Part shown: positions 18,501-24,000 of the stretch, piece by piece
Layout: every line of letters starts with the position of its first letter
How positions within the stretch are numbered: the stretch's first letter is position 1
NCBI GenBank assembly: GCA_035253925.1
Contig: DATFBI010000007.1
Location: 1-24,000, forward strand
Direction of reading: 5' to 3'
Source: Propionibacteriaceae bacterium
GTDB lineage: Bacteria > Actinomycetota > Actinomycetes > Propionibacteriales > Propionibacteriaceae
Length of the DNA: 24,000 nt
The notes under the pieces: model-generated
What the model saw: the letters and a program-made list of their open reading frames with translations, nothing else
Told to the model about the DNA's origin: nothing
Databases searched by the model: none
Translations under genes and position numbers: made by a program

Positions 18501-19128
18501 GCATAGTGATCTAGGTTCGGGCATGGCTATTGCCATGAAGGATCTGGAGATTCGTGGTGCGGGCAACTTGTTGGGCGGCGAGCAGTCCGGTCACATCGCT
18601 GACGTTGGCTTTGATCTCTACATTCAACTAGTTGGCGAGGCGGTCGCCGAGTTTCGGGGTCATGAGGCCGAGCCAGAGCCAGAAGTCCGCATCGAGCTGC
18701 CGGTCGATGCTCATCTGCCCACCGGCTACATCGAGTCCGAGCGGCTGCGGCTGGAGATGTACAAACGGCTCGCTGAGGTTCGAGCCGAGGCCGACGTCAA
18801 GGCCGTCGAGGCGGAGCTGCATGACCGTTATGGGACGCCGCCGGCCGAGGTTCTCAACCTCATCGAGGTTGCCAGATTCCGCTTGCTCGCACGCTCTGTA
18901 GGACTGACTGAGATTGTTGGACAGGGTCGATTCATCCGCTTCGCGCGCGCGCATCTTCCGGAGTCACGAGTGCTCCGGCTGCATCGCCTCTATCCGGGCA
19001 GTGTGGTCAAGGACGCCGTCGGCTCTGTGCTGGTGCCACGCCCCGCGAACTCCGCCGGACCACTTACGGACATCGACTTGCTGCGCTGGGGGTCCGAGCT
19101 GATCAAAGAGATCTTTCTCCAACTCTGA
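15526..19128 (+). CDS. mfd: Transcription-repair coupling factor
   Basis: 1200 aa. [21 protein letters not shown], CarD-like [98 protein letters not shown]. Confidence 0.98.
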   Translation: [1200 protein letters not shown]

Positions 19129-19212
19129 CAGGTACGTTTCGCAGCACAGACGTTAAAACGGCCGGCTTCGGGGCCATTGACGGGTACGTTTCGCAGCACA
19201 GGCGTCAAAGCG
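19126..19212 (+). repeat. 35-nt imperfect direct repeat pair, period 52 nt
   Basis: 19126-19160 TGACAGGTACGTTTCGCAGCACAGACGTTAAAACG versus 19178-19212 TGACGGGTACGTTTCGCAGCACAGGCGTCAAAGCG; 31/35 identical, all four differences transitions. Confidence 0.85.
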
Positions 19213-19344
19213 TCCCCACTATGGGAATCAAGCCCGCCTCCGACGAATCCGGGGCCTTCGCGCAGCTGTCGTAGGATCTCCTGTCGTAGTCGTTTCCCGG
19301 TACGCGCGATGCGCGGACGGGAAGGTCGTCGCAGAGGATGGTGC

Positions 19345-19890
19345 ATGAGTCTTTCCGCTCATCGCAGTTGGCGCGCCGTACGAGCCGTGGTGCTTGCCGG
19401 CGTCGTGTTGCTTACCCTGCTTACGGCCGGTTGCGCTAGACAGGACCCCAGCGTTGTGGCGTATGTGGGGAACTCCAAGATCACTCAGCAACAGGTGGAC
19501 GACGCCCTCGAAGGCGTGTCCAGCATCTTGCAAGAGGGCCAGTCGGTGTCCCGCCCGGCGATCGTCAACGCCATGATTCACGGCCTCATTGCGCAGGATC
19601 TGGCCGCCGCCAACAACATCGCGATCACTGATGGCGATCGCGACGCGTTGATCAAAAACAGCAATCTTGCCGCCCTACTCAATGTGCCGAAGGGACGACC
19701 CATCGCCTACGACGTTGCCGATCAGCAGATCGTCTCCCAGAAGCTGGGCAGCGAGGCATACCTAGCCGCTGTCGCCAAGCAGCAGGTGACCCTCAATCCG
19801 CGCTTCGGTGTGCTGGATCCGAATCAGAAAACGATCATCACCGATAAGTCTGCCGCGCTGGCTAAGCCGATGCCCAGTCCGACCCCGTAG
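19345..19890 (+). CDS. Secreted lipoprotein, SurA N-terminal-like
   Basis: Signal peptide with lipobox AVVLAGVVLLTLLTAGCARQ, then VVAYVGNSKITQQQVDDALEGV, resembling SurA/PrsA-like chaperone N-termini; located between mfd and mazG. Confidence 0.75.
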   Translation: MSLSAHRSWRAVRAVVLAGVVLLTLLTAGCARQDPSVVAYVGNSKITQQQVDDALEGVSSILQEGQSVSRPAIVNAMIHGLIAQDLAAANNIAITDGDRDALIKNSNLAALLNVPKGRPIAYDVADQQIVSQKLGSEAYLAAVAKQQVTLNPRFGVLDPNQKTIITDKSAALAKPMPSPTP

Positions 19891-19896
19891 TGCCGC

Positions 19897-20535
19897 GTGC
19901 CGGTACCCGAATTTGAGCGACTGGTCGAGGTTATGGCGCGGCTGCGCCAGGAATGCCCCTGGGATGCTCAGCAGACTCATCGGTCGCTGGTGCAATACCT
20001 GATCGAGGAAACCGCTGAAACCATCGAGGCCATCGAGATCGCTGATGTAGATCATCTTCGCGAAGAGCTGGGTGATCTGTTGCTGCAGGTGATCTTCCAC
20101 GCTCAGATTGCCAGTGAGCAGACACCTGGTTTCACGGTGGAGGACGTTGCTCGGGGAATCGCCGACAAACTCATCTGGCGGCACCCCTACGTTTTCGCGA
20201 GCGCTGACGTGCCCAGCGATCTGCACTTCACCTGGGAGCAGCGCAAAGCAGCAGAAAAGGGCCGTACCTCCGCCCTGCAAGGCATCCCGGATCAGCTCTC
20301 AGCCTTGGCTCGGGCGAACAAGATCATCAGCAGAGTACGGTCACGGCGCGTGGCGGTGGCCTTGCCCGACGACTCAACGACTGCTGAGGAGGTGGGTGCG
20401 CAGTTGCTTGCTACGGCAGCTCGGGCTCACGCCGCCGGGATCGACCCTGATCAGGCGCTTCGCGACGCGGTACGCCTTCTGGAAGCGCGCGTGCGCGACG
20501 CCGAGTCGGCGCCCAACGATTCGACTCCGGCTTAG
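19897..20535 (+). CDS. mazG: MazG family nucleoside triphosphate pyrophosphohydrolase
   Basis: LVEVMARLRQECPWDAQQTHRSLVQYLIEETAETIEAIE, LREELGDLLLQVIFHAQIA, KLIWRHPYVFA, FTWEQRKAAEKG. Confidence 0.95.
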   Translation: MPVPEFERLVEVMARLRQECPWDAQQTHRSLVQYLIEETAETIEAIEIADVDHLREELGDLLLQVIFHAQIASEQTPGFTVEDVARGIADKLIWRHPYVFASADVPSDLHFTWEQRKAAEKGRTSALQGIPDQLSALARANKIISRVRSRRVAVALPDDSTTAEEVGAQLLATAARAHAAGIDPDQALRDAVRLLEARVRDAESAPNDSTPA

Positions 20536-20558
20536 CAACCGTCGCCTATTCTGTGGAC

Positions 20559-22630
<2,072 letters not shown>

Positions 22631-23236
22631 GTGCCAGCCGGTCGACCGCCCACCTCACGTCCAGGTGCAGGTCCTGGGCGCGGAAAGCCGCGTGCTCGTA
22701 CGCAGGCACGCAAACCCTCCTCCGCGGCGCGTGAATCTCATGGCGGGGCTGCTGCTGGAGAGGAAGCAGCGGCTACGCCGCGGCGTCGCGGATACGGGTT
22801 GACCGCACGGGCCATTGCCCTAGCTGTCGTGCTGCTGATCTTGACTATCTCGTACGCGACGTCGTTGCGGATCTACTTCTCCCAGGCCCATGAGATCTCG
22901 GCGACCAAAGCCGAGATTGCCGAGCGCCAGCAGCGGATTCGTGATCTTCAGGGTGAGTTGGCCCGATGGGATGACGAGGCCTACGTACGGACCCAAGCCA
23001 GGGACCGGCTGGGTTGGGTGGTGCCTGGGGAAACTGGCTACACGGTCGTAGATGCTGCCGGCAACCCGCTCGGGGGTGGCGCCAAGATCAGCGCCGAGGC
23101 GGCGCCGGAGCAACAGCCGCACGATTCTTGGTGGTCCAAGTTGTGGGGCTCGGTAGAGGCTGCCGATCGGCCGGCGCCAGTCAAGCCCCCTGTCAAGGAC
23201 GAAACCATTACCGTCAAGACCAAGCCAAACCGCTAA
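22631..23236 (+). CDS. FtsB/DivIC-type septum formation initiator family protein
   Basis: Basic N-terminus, one TM ([23 protein letters not shown]), coiled coil [47 protein letters not shown]; directly follows eno. Confidence 0.9.
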   Translation: MPAGRPPTSRPGAGPGRGKPRARTQARKPSSAARESHGGAAAGEEAAATPRRRGYGLTARAIALAVVLLILTISYATSLRIYFSQAHEISATKAEIAERQQRIRDLQGELARWDDEAYVRTQARDRLGWVVPGETGYTVVDAAGNPLGGGAKISAEAAPEQQPHDSWWSKLWGSVEAADRPAPVKPPVKDETITVKTKPNR

Positions 23237-23237
23237 G

Positions 23238-24000
23238 TCACTCGTGGGCCGCTAGGAACGCATCGACCGCTGCAGCAGTGGGCAGGCTTGGACTTGCTCC
23301 ACGGACCGCGACCGCCAAGGCGCCGGCGGCAAGGCCGCGGCGGAGCGCCTCTGGAAGTGAGGTGCCGCGCGCCAGGCTGGCGCCGAGTGCGCCAGAGAAA
23401 GCGTCACCCGCGGCTGTGGTGTCTACCGGAGTTGCTGGGAAGGCTGGATACTCAGCGACCCCATCGGGGCCGATGAGGAGGGCGCCCCGCTCGCCTAACG
23501 TGATGATCGCAATCGCGACACCTTGATCAAAGAGCCAGCGGGCCGCCTGCTCAGCTGAGCGGCGATCGGTCACAGGTATGCCGGTCAGTACCTCTGCCTC
23601 GAGTTCGTTCGGCTTGAGGACGGAGACCCCACGCCATACTGCAGGGGGAATGGGTTGAGCAGGCGCGGGATCCAATACCAGTCCCATATCGCACGCCTGA
23701 CAAACCTCGGCTATCCGCTGCACGACCGTCAGGGGAATCTCCAGTTGCACTAGGACGATCGAGACACGATCCTGCAGATCTCTTAAAGAGGCCTCGGCAT
23801 CGTCAGCAGTCAGGCGGTAGTTAGCGTTGGGAATGATCATGATGTCGTTCTGTCCAGAGACTTCATCGACGCGAATGTGCGCGATGCCCGTGGCTCCGTC
23901 GAGGCTGCGGACGCCTGTGACGTCGACGCCCTCGGCCGCCAGTGCAGCCAACGTCACCTCACGGAACATGTCCTGTCCTACCGCACCGATCATGTACGTC
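23238..24000 (-). CDS. PfkB family carbohydrate kinase (ribokinase-like), N-terminus outside the window
   Basis: TYMIGAVGQDMFREVTLAALAAEGVDV, LVLDPAPAQPIP, LKPNELEAEVLTG, IITLGERGALLIG, VDTTAAGDAFSGALGASLA. Frame is open through the window end. Confidence 0.92.
   Translation of the reverse strand, partial: TYMIGAVGQDMFREVTLAALAAEGVDVTGVRSLDGATGIAHIRVDEVSGQNDIMIIPNANYRLTADDAEASLRDLQDRVSIVLVQLEIPLTVVQRIAEVCQACDMGLVLDPAPAQPIPPAVWRGVSVLKPNELEAEVLTGIPVTDRRSAEQAARWLFDQGVAIAIITLGERGALLIGPDGVAEYPAFPATPVDTTAAGDAFSGALGASLARGTSLPEALRRGLAAGALAVAVRGASPSLPTAAAVDAFLAAHE

Overview
This is a high-GC actinobacterial chromosome segment, mostly housekeeping genes. The order rpfB-ksgA-ispE, glmU-prs-rplY-pth, mfd-lipoprotein-mazG-eno-divIC, with pmt/rsmI/tatD to the left, resembles the Mycobacterium Rv1002c-Rv1024 neighbourhood. 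I recognise about 19 protein genes and one tRNA-Gln(TTG). A nitroreductase gene sits between tatD and rpfB, and a MarR/MFS pair sits between ispE and the tRNA/glmU. I see no CRISPR array, transposase, prophage, toxin/antitoxin or defence operon, and no complete new system. The most notable unexplained signals are non-coding. (1) A family of structured intergenic repeats occurs at 5854-5973, 9012-9133 and, inverted and composite, 13687-13921. These have about 7-bp pairing termini and an internal hairpin whose sequence differs between copies while pairing is kept. A possible minimal relative lies upstream of eno at 21296-21326. (2) Nested inverted repeats lie between pth and mfd (15372-15489). 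(3) A 35-nt imperfect direct repeat with 52-nt period overlaps the mfd stop codon (19126-19212). There is also a short family 2 glycosyltransferase gene with an apparent single-base frameshift in a homopolymer. All structures and alignments were made by eye and need computational confirmation.
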